DNA of 64,000 nt from the NCBI GenBank assembly GCA_002269645.1, contig NIVC01001909.1, forward strand, positions 62,001-126,000, read 5' to 3'. Made by a program: the position numbers and the translations under genes. This document shows, in pieces, positions 30,365 to 43,963 of the stretch (positions are counted from its first letter, which is position 1; every line of letters starts with the position of its first letter). The stretch comes from Macrostomum lignano (lineage: Eukaryota). The notes below the pieces were generated by a model that was given only the letters and a program-made list of their open reading frames with translations, was not told where the DNA came from and did not search any database.

Positions 30365-31395
30365 TGATATGAGATTTGCCCCCCCGCTGTGAGATCCACC
30401 CCTTGCCCAGTGAGATTCGTCCCCTTCTATGTAAGATTCGCCCCTGCTATATGAGATTCGCCCCCTGCTATATGAGATTCGCCCCTGCTATATGAGATTC
30501 GCCCCCTGCTTTATAAGATTCGCCCCTGCTATATGAGATTCGCCCCCTGCTTTATAAGATTCGCCCCCTGCTATATGAGATTCGCCCCCTGCTATATGAG
30601 ATTCGCCCCCTGCTATATGAGATTCGCCCCTTGCTTTATAAGATTCGCCCCTGCTTTATAAGATTCGCCCCCTGCTACATGAGATTCACCCCCTGCTATA
30701 TGAGATTCGCCCCCTGCTACATGAGATTCGCCCCCTACTATATTAGATTCGCCCCCCTGCTATATAAGATTCGCCTCTGCTTTATGAGATTCGCCCCGTG
30801 CGATATGAGATTCGCCCCTGCTTTATGAGATTCGCCCCCTTCTACATGAGATTCGCCCCCTGCTATATGAGATTCGCCCCCTGCTATATGAGATTCGCCC
30901 CCTGCTATATGAGGTTCGCCCCTGCTTTATGAGATTCGCCCCGTGCTATATGAGATTCGCCCCTGCTTTATGAGATTCGCCCCCTTCTACATGAGATTCG
31001 CCCCCTGCTTTATAAGATTCGCCCCCTGCTTTATAAGATTCGCCCCTGCTATATGAGATTCGCCCCCTGCTTTATAAGATTCGCCCCCTGCTATATGAGA
31101 TTCGCCCCCTGCTATATGAGATTCGCCCCCTGCTATATGAGATTCGCGCCCTGCTATATGAGATTCGCCCCCTGCTATATAAGATTCGCCCCCTGCTATA
31201 TGAGATTCGCCCCCTGCTATATGAGATTCGCCCCCTGCTATATGAGATTCGCCCCCTGCTATGAGATTCGCCCCCTGCTATATGAGATTCGCCCCCTGCT
31301 ATATGAGATTCGCCCCTGCTATATGAGATTCGCCCCCTGCTATATGAGATTCGCCCCCTGCTATATGAGATTCGCCCCCTGCTATATGAGGTTCG
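30365..31395. repeat. 20/21-bp minisatellite GATTCGCCCCCTGCTATATGA
   Basis: Lies between the GOLGA3 3' region and TFB1M. Confidence 0.94.
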
Positions 31396-32591
31396 TACCC
31401 GCTTCAAAAAGCTGACGTATGAAACCAGCTAAATATAATAATTCAAACGAAGCAATAAAGCAGAAACATGCCAATTTGACAAACTAAACTTCAAAGCAAA
31501 AAAACGCAACTCATCAGAAAAGAAGAAACACAAAAAAGGTTTTGCTTTCGCAATATATGCTTCTATTTTATCTATCAACTTCAGCGCCAGACGAAAGCAA
31601 AGTTGAAGTGATTTATCAAAGTAAAATGATGAAAACAAAGTGAATTATAAATATAATAATATTGCCAAAGGCGCCAGATCCAATATCCATTTGGAACCCG
31701 AACAGAAGGTACCACATTTATGGTACCAAAGTTAACAAAAAGAAACTCAGGTAGGCCAGCAACCCACACGGACACCCAGTGCCTCTCTAGCAAGTTATTG
31801 AAAATAAAACAAAAGCAAATACGCTTTGTCGAATGCTTAACTTTCACAATAAATATGTAAGCATCTTCCAGCCTCAGTCTCCAATGTATCATACAAATTA
31901 TTCGCGTAAAATGCAATTCATACTACTTGAGAAGATAACAAACCAAAAACAGTATAATAATATAGCAGATTATTTTTTCAAAATAAAATAAAAACAGAAA
32001 TCGAACCAAGATCCCAAATAGAACAGAGTAACAGCATAAAGTTAATAAATAATTTTATTAAATCAGTACGCCTTAAACCCAATTACAATGTGACCTTCAG
32101 CCTTCAGCTTATAGTAGCTTATGTAAATAAACACAAATGATTAATAATTAATGAACCAAAACACTAATATAGGTTTTTTTAATCTGGCCAGACTAAAATA
32201 AAAAGTAAATAACGGATCACAGCAAAGTTTTTAATGGCAATAATATGAGCCTGTTAATACAAGTCAATAATGACATCTAATCTACGAGCGAGTCGAAATT
32301 AAAACAAATTAAAACTCTTAAAAATGAAATCTTCATCTGAAACTCTTTTTAGCAAAGTTGTTCTTTAATGAGCACACAAGTTCAATACTTCAATACAGTT
32401 GTACAAGTTGGCAAAATGATAGATTTATGAAAACAAACAAAAAACAGAGATAAAACCTGCATCGCGCTACTGCTCGGCTCCAAAGTTAGTAAGTAGTTTG
32501 GGCGCACATTTTAAGGCGACATTAGAAAAAACACAGCGTTAAGAAAATTGAAGATTTTTCTATCACAAAATAGATTCCGGCTCTAATCGCA

Positions 32592-35500
32592 CTACTGATT
32601 CTCCTTGTCGGCAGTAGTCTGTTGCGATTCAGCGGCATCGTCTCCGCCGGATTGAAGTGCGTCGTCAGCCTTGCCGCAGGCCTCCTTCAGGCGCTCCGCC
32701 TGCTCCTCCGCCTCTCTGCAAAATGTTGCGCAATTCATGCCTGTTTATCTCACCCACCCAGGCCTGTTTATCTCACCCACCCAGGCCTGTTTATCTCACC
32801 CACCCAGGCCTGTTTATCTCACCCACCCAGGCCTGTTTATCTCACCCACCCAGGCCTGTTTATCTCACCCACCCAGGCCTGTTTATCTCACCCACCCAGG
32901 CCTGTTTATCTCACCCACCCAGGCCTGTTTATCTCACCCACCCAGGCCTGTTTATCTCACCCACCCAGGCCTGTTTATCTCACCCACCCAGGCCTGTTTA
33001 TCTCACCCACCCAGGCCTGTTTATCTCACCCACCCAGTTCTGTTTATCTCACCCACCCAGGCCTGTTTATCTCACCCACCCAGGCCTGTTTATCTCACCC
33101 ACCCGGGCCTGTTTATCTCACCCAACCAGGTCTGTTTATCTCACCCACCCAGGTCTGTTTATCTCACCCTCCCGTGCCTGTTTATCTCACCCTCCCGTGC
33201 CTGTTTATCTCACCCTTCTGTGCCTGTTTATCTCACCCTCCTGTGCCTGTTTATCTCACCCTCCCGTGCCTGTTTATCTCACCCTCCTGTGCCTGTTTAT
33301 CTCACCCTCCCGTGCCTGTTTATCTCACCCTCCTGTGCCTGTTTATCTCACCCTCCCGTGCCTGTTTATCTCACCCTCCTGTGCCTGTTTATCTCACCCT
33401 CCCGTGCCTGTTTATCTCACCCTTCTGTGCCTGTTTGTCTCACCCTCCCGTGCCTGTTTATCTCACCCTCCTGTGCCTGTTTATCTCACCCTCCCGTGCC
33501 TGTTTATCTCACCCTCCTGTGCCTGTTTATCTCACCCTCCCGTGCCTGTTTATCTCACCCTTCTGTGCCTGTTTATCTCACCCACCCGGCCCTGTTTATC
33601 TCACCCTCACTGTCTGTAAGTAATGACCATTCTCATGGGGGAAATAATGACCATTCTCATGGGGGAAATAATGACCATTCTCAAGGGAATTAATGACCAT
33701 TCTCAAGGGAATTAATGACCATTATCAGAGGGAAATAATGACCATTCTCAAGGGAATTAATGACCATTCTCAAGGGAATTAATGACCATTCTCAAGGGAA
33801 TTAATGACCATTATCAGAGGGAATTAATGACCATTATCAGAGGGAATTAATGACCATTATCAGAGGGAATTAATGACCATTCTCAAGGGAATTAATGACC
33901 ATTCTCAAGGGGAAATAATGACCATTCTCAAGGGAATTAATGACCATTCTCAAGGGAATTAATGACCATTCTCAAGGGAATTAATGACCATTCTCAAGGG
34001 AATTAATGACCATTCTCAAGGGAATTAATGACCATTCTCAAGGGGAAATAATGACCATTCTCAAGGGAATTAATGACCATTCTCAAGGGAATTAATGACC
34101 ATTCTCAAGGGAATTAATGACCATTCTCAAGGGAATTAATGACCATTCTCAAGGGAATTAATGACCATTCTCAAGGGAATTAATGACCATTATCAGAGGG
34201 AATAAACAGCAATTCTAGCGTGATAAAAGCACAAAAAGCTGAATAATCCCTCACCGCCACAGCTGGCCCCGACTCCGCACAGCCAGAGCGTGCTCAGTCA
34301 TGTTCGCCGATAAGCCCGAGATCTGCGATTGCAACTCGTCCAGACAGGCATTCACGCTAGCCAGCGGCTGCGGCGGCCGCGACTGCCAGCACATCGGGGC
34401 GGTGTCTCCCACCAGACGCTCCAAGGCGGCCCAGTCGATTCCGCCATCGTCTGCTGAGGCAGCGCCGGCGCCCTCCTCAGTGGAGAACAGCCGGTGCCGG
34501 TCGATGGCGGACTTCAGAGCTCCGCGCAGCTGAGCCAGACGGCCCAGAGCGTCGAGACGATCGCGGCGAGCGGTCTCCAGCTCGGCTCGGAGGCCTCGAT
34601 TCTGGCGCTCCGTTGATTCCAGCACCCGCTGCAGGCCGGCTAGAGCGTCGGCGCCGCTATTCTCGTTGCTTAGCAACCGAGCCTGCGCGTCGGCCAGCTG
34701 GGCGTCTTTCTCGTCGAGAGCCTTGGAAACGGTATCCAGGCGAGCTTGGGCTTCGGCAGATTCCGCTAGTTGCGATCGGGCGTCCGCCAGCTCGCCGCGA
34801 AGTCGCTCGAGTTCCTCGCGTTGCTTAGCAACCAGCTCGCGACCGGATTCCACTTCGCGCTGGAGACCGGCGGCTGTCTCCGCGTCACTGGGGATTTTTG
34901 ATTTGGGTGGTTGGGGAATTAAAGACTTTCGGGAGACATTTGGGATCAGAATGACACCGAGGGGATCAGAATGACCCCGAGGGGATCAGAATGACCCCGA
35001 GGAGATCAGAATGACACCGAGGGGATCAGAATGACACCGAGGGGATCAGAATGACTCTGAGGGGATCAGAATGACACTAATGGGATCAGAATGACACCGA
35101 GGGGATCAGAATGACTCTGAGGGGATCAGAATGACACCGAGGGGATCAGAATGACTCTGAGGGGATCAGAATGACACTAATGGGATCAGAATGACACCGA
35201 GGGGATTAGAATGACACTAATGGGATCAGAATGACACCGAGGGGATCAGAATGACACAGAGGGGATCAGAATGACTATGAGGGGATCAGAATGACACTAA
35301 TGGGATCAGAATGACACCGAGGGGGATCATAATGACACCGAGGGGATCAGAATGACCCCGAGGGGATCAGAATGACACTAATGGGATCAGAATGACACCG
35401 AGGGGATCAGAATGACACTAATTGGATCAGAATGACACCGAGGGGATCAGAACCCTCACCTAGAAGTGGCAGTGGCCAGCTCAGTCTGCAGTCGGGCCCT

Positions 35501-38500
35501 CTCAGCTCTCAGGGCGTCGCACTCCCAGCGAGTCGGCCAGCATTGCCCAGCGCGGACTCCAACTGCTCCTGAAGCTGGCCTCTGCTCGCCAGAGCGTCCA
35601 GCAGTTGATTCTCGGCCGCTCGCAGATCGTCAGCCTGACGCTCGCCGCCGGCCTCGCGTGTGGCCAGAGCCGCTTGAAGCGCCTCGGCGTGCTGCCTGAG
35701 CTGAGCTTGGGCGCGCGCCAAGCCGTCGGCGCGACCTTTGGCGCGCTCCAATTCAGCGTGCAGAGCGCGATTCTGGGTGCGCCAATTCTGCGCCTCGGCC
35801 AGCTGCGCTTCAAGCCGGTCGGCGCGCTCCTTGGCCGAGGCCGCTCGGACAGACAGCTCGGCCGCTTCGGCGTCAGCGCGAGCGCGAGCTTCAGCCAGAT
35901 TTTTGGCTGCCTCGGCTCTGCAGATGCGTAGGCGGAGTGCGGAGGGTTGCAAATTACCAAATCCTCAGTTTCTAAGCCAGCCTCCCAGATCCCCAGTTGC
36001 TGTGCCAGCCTCCCAGATCCTCAGTTGCTGGGCCAGCCTCCCAGATCCCCAGTTGCTGTGCCAGCCTCCCAGATCCTCAGTTGCTGGGCCAGCCTCCCAG
36101 ATCCCCAGTTGCTGGGCCAGCCTCCCAGATCCTCAGTTGCTGGGCCAGCCTCGCAGATCCTCAGTTGCTGGGCCAGCTTCCCAGATCCTCAGTTGCTGGG
36201 CCATCCTCCCAGATCCTCAGTTGCTGGGCCAGCCTCCCAGATCCTCAGTTGCTGGGCCAGCCTCGCAGATCCTCAGTTTCTAGGCCAGCCTCCCAGATCC
36301 TCAGTTGCTGGGCCAGCCTCTCAGATCCTCAGTTTCTGGGCCAGCCGCCCAGATCCCCAGTTGCCGGGCGGTACTTACCGATCAGCCACAGCGGCCTCCA
36401 GCTCCCGCCGCAGCTGGGCCACCTCCTCGCCAGTTTCGTTCGCGCGCTTTGCCAGCTCGGCTTCAAGCGCGGCGCCGCGCGCCTCCGCCTCGGACAGGGC
36501 GGCGCTCAGTTGGCGCAGCTCCTCGGTCATTGCGCCGGACTCGGCAGCGTGGGCAGCCTCCCGCTGAGCCAGCTTTTCGGCCAGCGCGGCTTCTCGAGAG
36601 GCACCTTCGGCACGCAAATTCTCGTGCGCTTCAACGAGCTCGGCGTACCTGACAGATGCGAGGCATGTGACAGGTGACGGATCTGACAGTTGACGGATCT
36701 GACAGTTGATGGATCTGACAGGTGATGGATCTGACAGTTGACGGATCTGACAGTTGATGGATCTGACAGGTGATGGATCTAACAGTTGACGGATCTGACA
36801 GTTGATGGATCTGACAGGTGATGGATCTGACAGTTGATGGATCTGACAGGTTATATGGATCTGACAGGTGATGGATCTGACAGTTGATGGATCTGACAGG
36901 TGATGGATCTGACAGTTGATGGATCTGACAGGTTATATGGATCTGAAAGGTGATGGATCTGACAGGTGATGGATCTGACATGTGATGGATCTGACAGGTT
37001 ATATGGATCTGACAGGTTATATGGATCTGACAGGTGATGGATCTGACAGTTGATGGATCTGACAGGTGATGGATCTGACAGTTGATGGATCTGACAGGTT
37101 ATATGGATCTGAAAGGTGATGGATCTGACAGGTGATGGATCTGACAGGTGATGGATCTGACAGGTTATATGGATCTGACAGGTTATATGGATCTGACAGG
37201 TGATGGATCTGACAGTTGATGGATCTGACAGGTGATGGATCTGACAGTTGATGGATCTGACAGGTTATATGGATCTGAAAGGTGATGGATCTGACAGGTG
37301 ATGGATCTGACAGGTTATATGGATCTGACAGGTGATGGATCTGACAGGTGATGGATCTGACAGGTTATATGGATCTGACAGGTGATGGATCTGACAGGTG
37401 ATGGATCTGACAGGTGATGGATCTGACATGTGATGGATCTGACAGGTTATATGGATCTGACAGGTGATGGATCTGACAGGCTATATGGATCTGAAAGGTG
37501 ATGGATCTGACAGGTGATGGATCTGACAGGTGATGGATCTGACAGTTGATGGATCTGACAGGTTATATGGATCTGAAAGGTGATGGATCTGACAGGTGAT
37601 GGATCTGACAGGTGATGGATCTGACAGGTTATATGGATCTGACAGGTTATATGGATCTGACAGGTGATGGATCTGACAGTTGATGGATCTGACAGGTGAT
37701 GGATCTGACAGTTGATGGATCTGACAGGTTATATGGATCTGAAAGGTGATGGATCTGACAGGTGATGGATCTGACAGGTTATATGGATCTGACAGGTGAT
37801 GGATCTGACAGGTGATGGATCTGACAGGTTATATGGATCTGACAGGTGATGGATCTGACAGGTGATGGATCTGACAGGTGATGGATCTGACAGGTGATGG
37901 ATCTGACATGTGATGGATCTGACAGGTTATATGGATCTGACAGGTGATGGATCTGACAGGCTATATGGATCTGAAAGGTGATGGATCTGACAGGTGATGG
38001 ATCTGACAGGTGATGGATCTGACAGGTGATGGATCTGACAGGTTATATGGATCTGACAGGTGATGGATCTGACAGGTGATGGATCTGACAGGTGATGGAT
38101 CTGACAGGTGATGGATCTGACATGTGATGGATCTGACAGGTTATATGGATCTGACAGGTGATGGATCTGACAGGTGATGGATCTGACAGGTGATGGACCT
38201 GACAGGTTAGATGGACCTGACAGGTGATGGATCTGACAGGTGATGGATCTGACAGGTGATGGACCTGACAGGTTAGATGGATCTGACAGTTGATTTATCC
38301 GACAGGTTAGAAATTTGAGACTGGCACTAACTCGAAGATCTGCCAACAGAGACAACCAGAGCCACACTCACCGATCCTGCACAGTGCTGAGCTCCGCAAT
38401 CTGGCGCCTGGCATCCGACAGTGCAGTTTTCAATTCGCCAACCTCTGCTTGACTTTGCATGGCGCTCAATTCGGCCGCTTCCAATTTGGCGCGCAGATTG

Positions 38501-41500
38501 GCCAAATCGGCGCGCAACCCTGCGCTCTCTTCGGCTAGCGCGGCCAGCTGAGCGCGCGCCTCGTCGCGTTCTGTCACCGCGGCGGTTAGCGCCGCTTCCT
38601 GTTGCGCCAAATTATCGCGCGCTAGCGCCAATTCGTTAGCTAAATCGGCGCGCAACGATTCGGCGTGAGCCAATTCGGCTGCGCGCGCTGTCAGGTCGGC
38701 GCGCATCTTAGAGAAATTCTCTTGAACCCAGCCCATGTTGTCGCGCAATTCGTTAATTCGCGCGTCCAATGCGCGCTTCTCCTCTCGACTAGCGGCTAAC
38801 TGGACCTCAGCTTCGGCTAGCTCAGCTTGAGTAGTTTCTAATTCTGCGCCACGCGCGGCGCCGTCAAAGCGCGCCGAATCTAATTGGCGCGCAGATTCGG
38901 CTAGTTCAGCTCGAGCCGCCTCCAATTCAACAGCTGCCGCGGCCGCCTGACCATCCAGATGGGCGACTCGGGCGCCGAGAGTGGCGCGCTCTGTCTCGGC
39001 GGCCTCGAGAGCGGCCTCGCGCTCAGCCAGTGCGGCAGCTTGACGTTCGGCTTCCAGTTCGGCTTCGCGCAGAGCGTCGGCCAGCTTGTCGAAAGCCTGC
39101 CGCTCCCTGGCCAGCTGGTCGGTCTTGAAGTCCAGAGCCTCCTGCAGCGCGGCCCGCTCGGTCATGGAGGCCTCTAGCAGGGCCTCGCGTTCAACAATCT
39201 CGGCTTTGATGCGCTCCAATTTATCCAGCCAATACTGCCGCTCCGACAGCATCTGGGCCTCCAGTTCGGCCAGACGAACCCGAAGATGATCGCTCTCGCC
39301 GCCCATCTGCTCAGCCTGAGCAGCCAGCACAGTCTGCAGCCGGGACAGCTCATCCTGCATTGTCTGCCTGGCATCTTGAGCCGCTCGCAGCTGCTCAGCG
39401 TAAAACTCTTTGGCTCGGCGCAATGCCGCCGCCTCGGCTGCCAAATCTCGGCTGGAAGCTTCGCTGGCTTCGCGTGCCTGACGTCCGGATTCGAGGTCAA
39501 CGTAGAGCTCGGCTAGGCGGGACTTCAGCGATTGCACCGTCTCTTGGCGGGCGTCCAGGCAGTCCTGGAAGGGATTGACAAATACGGATAGACAGGGTGA
39601 CATGATTCTAGACAGGGTGACATGATTCTAGACAGGGCGAAATGATTCTAGACAGGGTGACATGATTCTAAACAGGGTGACATGATTCTAGACAGGGCGA
39701 AATGATTCTAGACAGGGTGACATGATTCTAGACAGAGCGAAATGATTCTAGACAGGGCGAAATGATTCTAGACAGGGTGACATGATTCTAGACAGGGTGA
39801 CATGATTTAGACAGGGCGAAATGATTCTAGACAGGGTGACATGATTCTAGACAGGGTGACATGATTCTAGACAGGGCGAAATGATTCTAGACAGGGTGAC
39901 ATGATTCTAGACAGGGTGACATGATTCTAGACAGGGCGAAATGATTCTAGACAGGGTGACATGATTCTAGACAGGGTGACATGATTCTAGACAGGGCGAA
40001 ATGATTCTAGACAGGGTGACATGATTCTAGACAGGGTGACATGATTCTAGACAGGGTGACATGATTCTAGACAGGGCGAAATGATTCTAGACAGGGTGAC
40101 ATGATTCTAGACAGGGTGACATGATTCTAGACAGGGTGACATGATTCTAGACAGGGTGACATGATTCTAGACAGGGTGACATGATTCTAGACAGGGCGAA
40201 ATGATTCTAGACAGGGTGACATGATTCTAGACAGGGTGACATGATTCTAGACAGGGTGACATGATTCTAGACAGGGTGACACGATTCTAGACAGGGTGAC
40301 ATGATTCTAGACAGGGTGACATGATTCTAGACAGGGTGACATGATTCTAGACAGAGCGAAATGATTCTAGACAGGGTGACATGATTCTAGACAGGGCGAA
40401 ATGATTCTAGACAGGGTGACATGATTCTAGACAGGGTGACATGATTCTAGACAGGGCGAAATGATTCTAGACAGGGTGACATGATTCTAGACAGGGTGAC
40501 ATGATTCTAGACAGGGTGACATGATTCTAGACAGGGTGACATGATTCTAGACAGGGTGACATGATTCTAGACAGGGTGACATGATTCTAGACAGGGTGAC
40601 ATGATTCTAGACAGGGCGAAATGATTCTAGACAGGGTGACATGATTCTAGACAGAGCGAAATGATTCTAGACAGGGTGACATGATTCTAGACAGGGCGAA
40701 ATGATTCTAGACAGGGTGACATGACATTAGACAGAGTGACATGACATTAGACAGAGCGAATTGACATTAGACAGAGTGACATGACATTAGACAGAGTGAC
40801 GTGACATTAGACAGAGCGAATTGACATTAGACAGAGTGACATGACATTAGACAGACCAACATGATATTAGACAGAGCGACATGATTTGAGACATAGTGAC
40901 ATGATATTAGATTGAGCAACACGATTTTAGACAGAGTGACATGGTTTTAGATATTTTTATTAACATAATTTTAGTTATTAGTGAGAACATTTTAGAAACA
41001 GTGCATGATTCTAGACATTAGTGACATGATTCTACACGGATTGACATGATTTTAGATAATAGTGGCATTGTTTTAGACAAATTGGCATACAATAGTAGAC
41101 ATGACTTACGGACAAATTTCCAAGCACATGATTCAAAAGACAGAGTGACATGAGCTGGGGACAAGCGGTCGCAACTCACCTGCAGTCCAACAACCTGCTG
41201 TCTGAGATCGGCGCTAGCCCGATTAGCGGCCTCCAATTCGGCGCTAAGCGCCCGCGCCTCAGCGGCGCGATCCTCCAGCGCCAGTCTCAGCCGAGCCCGC
41301 TCGGTCTGAGCGGCGTCCAGCTCGCGGCGAGTCTCCGGACCGCCCGCGGCGAGGCTGCGCAGCCGCTCGCATTCGGCTGCCAGTTCGGCCCGCTGACGGA
41401 GTGCCGTCTCCGCTTCGGCTGACAGAACCTCCAGCTGGCCGAGCAGCTTGGCCCGTTCCAGACTCTCGGCTTCATCGTCGAAGTCGGATACGCCGGCTGT

Positions 41501-42877
41501 TGACTCCATATAGAGCGATTGGTCTTAGGGAAGGGTTAATTATGCGATTAATTGTGTCAGTGTTAATTACAGTGAATGTAGGGCAGCGATAATTAACGAT
41601 AATTAGTTAACAAAAGCAACGATAATTATCGATAACTAGTGAACAAAAGCAGCTATATTTATCGATAATTAGTAAACAAAAGCAACCATTATTATCGGCA
41701 ATTACTGAATAAAAAGCGGTGATAATTATCGATAATTATAGTAAACAAAAAGCAGCTATAATTATCGATAATTGGTGAACAAAGGGATGCTATAAATATC
41801 GATAATTAGTAAATTAAAGACACCGATCATTATTGTACAAAAATTAGACACAATAAAACTAGTAAAACTATTGAATAATTAGTGGAGCAGCGGTGAACCA
41901 CAATAGAACTCACCATCTCCCATAGTTGCAGCCTTCTTACTATCGACATCTGCAGCTTCCTGCTCTTCTTCCTGACCAGCAGCTTCCTCCACCCTCAGCC
42001 CGTCCAATCCCGGATCTCGAGTCGGCGGCGACTGGGTGCCTCTGGCCGGCGACAAGCCTTCGACACCGCCGCCGGCACCCGCTCCTCCTCCGCCTCCTCC
42101 GGAAGGCAACGACCGCTGCAACTGGCCCAAACTGAGCACAAGTGGCACGGGATGATACTCGAATGTCATATCCGGGATGCCGGAATCGCGAGACACTCTC
42201 GACACGCCAGACGCTTGAGACAGTCGACTGCTGCCGCCCGGCGGTCTCGGCGGCGACCGGTGGACGCCGACTTCGCGCCACAGGGCGCCACCACCGACAG
42301 CGCCTCTTAGCGGGTTGTTCACATCGTCTTCTTCAACTTCAGCGCGCGCTGCTGCAGGTCTCTGTTGTTGCTGCTGCTGCTGCTGCGACTGAGGCTGCTG
42401 CAGAATTGCTGAACCCTCTAATAAATTTACGTATATAATTTTATGTAGAAAGTATTACGCGGCGCATCTGAAGGCTGCATACGGCTGTTCAGTCCAAGGA
42501 CTGGGTCGCCACGACACACCCTCAATTACCCCAGCTAATACTGGAACCCATTTTACAGCTGGGTGAACTGAAGACAAGTGTATCTTGCTCAAGGACACAA
42601 ATTGCTCCAGTGGGATCAGGAATCGAACTCCCGACCTTCAAGTCGTGAGTCCGATGCTCTAACGAGAAGGCTACAACCCTAGGGATTACAAACTGGGGTT
42701 TTGAACAGAGCTTGGCCTACAACCTGGAGTTAATTTGTTAAGATAAGATAATTAATTTAGACTCTTACCTGTCTCATCAGAATTGGATGCAGATTGCACA
42801 TCAGAACTGATTGGCTCCTTCTGCTTCTGTTTAGTCTTTGAATCATCAATGCTTGATGGCTTCTTGTGGGATGACAT
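32592..42877 (-). CDS. GOLGA3: Golgin-160 (GOLGA3)-like long coiled-coil protein, about 1200 aa, 8 exons, one apparent 1-nt frameshift
   Basis: Exons 42877-42769, 42417-41914, 41496-41180, 39564-38372, 36648-36379, 35917-35460, 34887-34255 and 32715-32592. Phases are consistent except exon 6, which is 1 nt short (GGG run at about 35525). LERAKLLGQLEVLSAEAETALRQRAEL and PLASVNACLDELQSQISGLSANMTEHALAV resemble recalled GOLGA3 segments KEKMRLEGQLEALSLEASQALKEKAEL and PLKNLNSCLQQLKQEMDSLQRQMEEHALTV. Confidence 0.8.
32738..34203. repeat. Two adjacent arrays: 23-bp CCTGTTTATCTCACCC(ACCCAGG/TCCCGTG) at 32738-33610 and 22-bp AATGACCATTCTCAAGGGAATT at 33621-34203
   Basis: GOLGA3 intron 7. The 23-mer switches variant at about 33170. 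Confidence 0.94.
34940..35452. repeat. 20-bp minisatellite GGGGATCAGAATGACACCGA
   Basis: GOLGA3 intron 6. Confidence 0.94.
35960..36365. repeat. 28-bp minisatellite CCTCCCAGATCCTCAGTTGCTGGGCCAG
   Basis: GOLGA3 intron 5. Same family as 23720-24130. Confidence 0.94.
36670..38295. repeat. 16/18-bp minisatellite GATGGATCTGACAGGT
   Basis: GOLGA3 intron 4. Confidence 0.95.
39590..40940. repeat. 20-bp minisatellite ATGATTCTAGACAGGGTGAC, decaying toward 40940
   Basis: GOLGA3 intron 3. Confidence 0.95.
41590..41850. repeat. Degenerate AT-rich repeat of about 35-40 bp built around palindromic AATTATCGATAATT
   Basis: GOLGA3 intron 2. Confidence 0.7.
42455..42682 (-). mobile_element. SINE family A copy in GOLGA3 intron 1
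   Basis: GCGGCGCATCTGAAGGCTGC...CAATTACCCCAGC...CATTTTACAGCTGGGTGAACTGAAG...GGAATCGAACTCCCGACC matches the copy at 15112-15436. Confidence 0.85.
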
Positions 42878-43963
42878 TGCAGCTGGGCTAAAAGTGGAAA
42901 TACATTTTTGAACTTTTTGAATAAATTGTCATTTGATTTTGAGTAATAGTGTTGTATAAAATATTTCATAAGAAAACATTTATAAATTTTAAACTATAAA
43001 AACTATAGCTAATCAGTAAAATTGATCTAATTTACTATTTCATAAGCATAGCAATACATATTTTCTAAATAAACATCTAGTATATTTTATACAACATCTA
43101 TAAAATATACTAGATCTGACTAATATACTAGATCTAGATATACTAGATCTACTAACACTGACACTGAAACTATAAAATATACTATACTATTAACAACATC
43201 ATACTAGATCTATACATCTAGTATAGATGTTTATTATGGTATTACTATGGAATGATAAGGTAAGACTGAGGTTTTAACTTTTGGCAAGATTTTGGGACCT
43301 TATATTTAGTTTCTATAGGCCTAGCATACACCCTTTAGTAAACAAACTATAGGCTCTATAGTATATTTACTAAAGGGTGATAAATAATAGATTTAGGTTG
43401 AATTGATTGCTTTACAAAATTGAATTTCTATTTTTTTTCCTTACTTGGCCTTGCCCAATACATGCTATATAGAAGCTTTACTTTACTGCTTGCTCAATGC
43501 ATGTTATATATATTAACATTGTAATATGCCTAGACTATCTCTTTACTTTTTGCAACTTTTTGTATAGGCAGTACAGCCTCTTTGATAGCTAACATGGCAG
43601 CTTAGTAGCTAGCTTAATAGCTACTTCTATTGGGGTGCTACCAAATTTGTTAACTTTATTAATAAATTGGGTTACCTAACTATATGTTTGACTATTATTT
43701 ATTATACACTAAAAATTGAAATACAGAGCCTATTAAGAAGATACATATATATTTAAGATAATAAAGGCATATTGTTTATATTTGGTATTTATTTTTACAT
43801 GCTATTAAAGCTTGCAAATTTAAAATTCATTGAATTTCAATCTAGGATGCAGGAATGCAGGATGCAGGAATTTTAATGCGGGATATACCTTGATATTTTG
43901 CATGCATTTTGAAATCTGAAATCATACTTAAATAGCCATTCTGTTTCTTATATATGGTGACCA

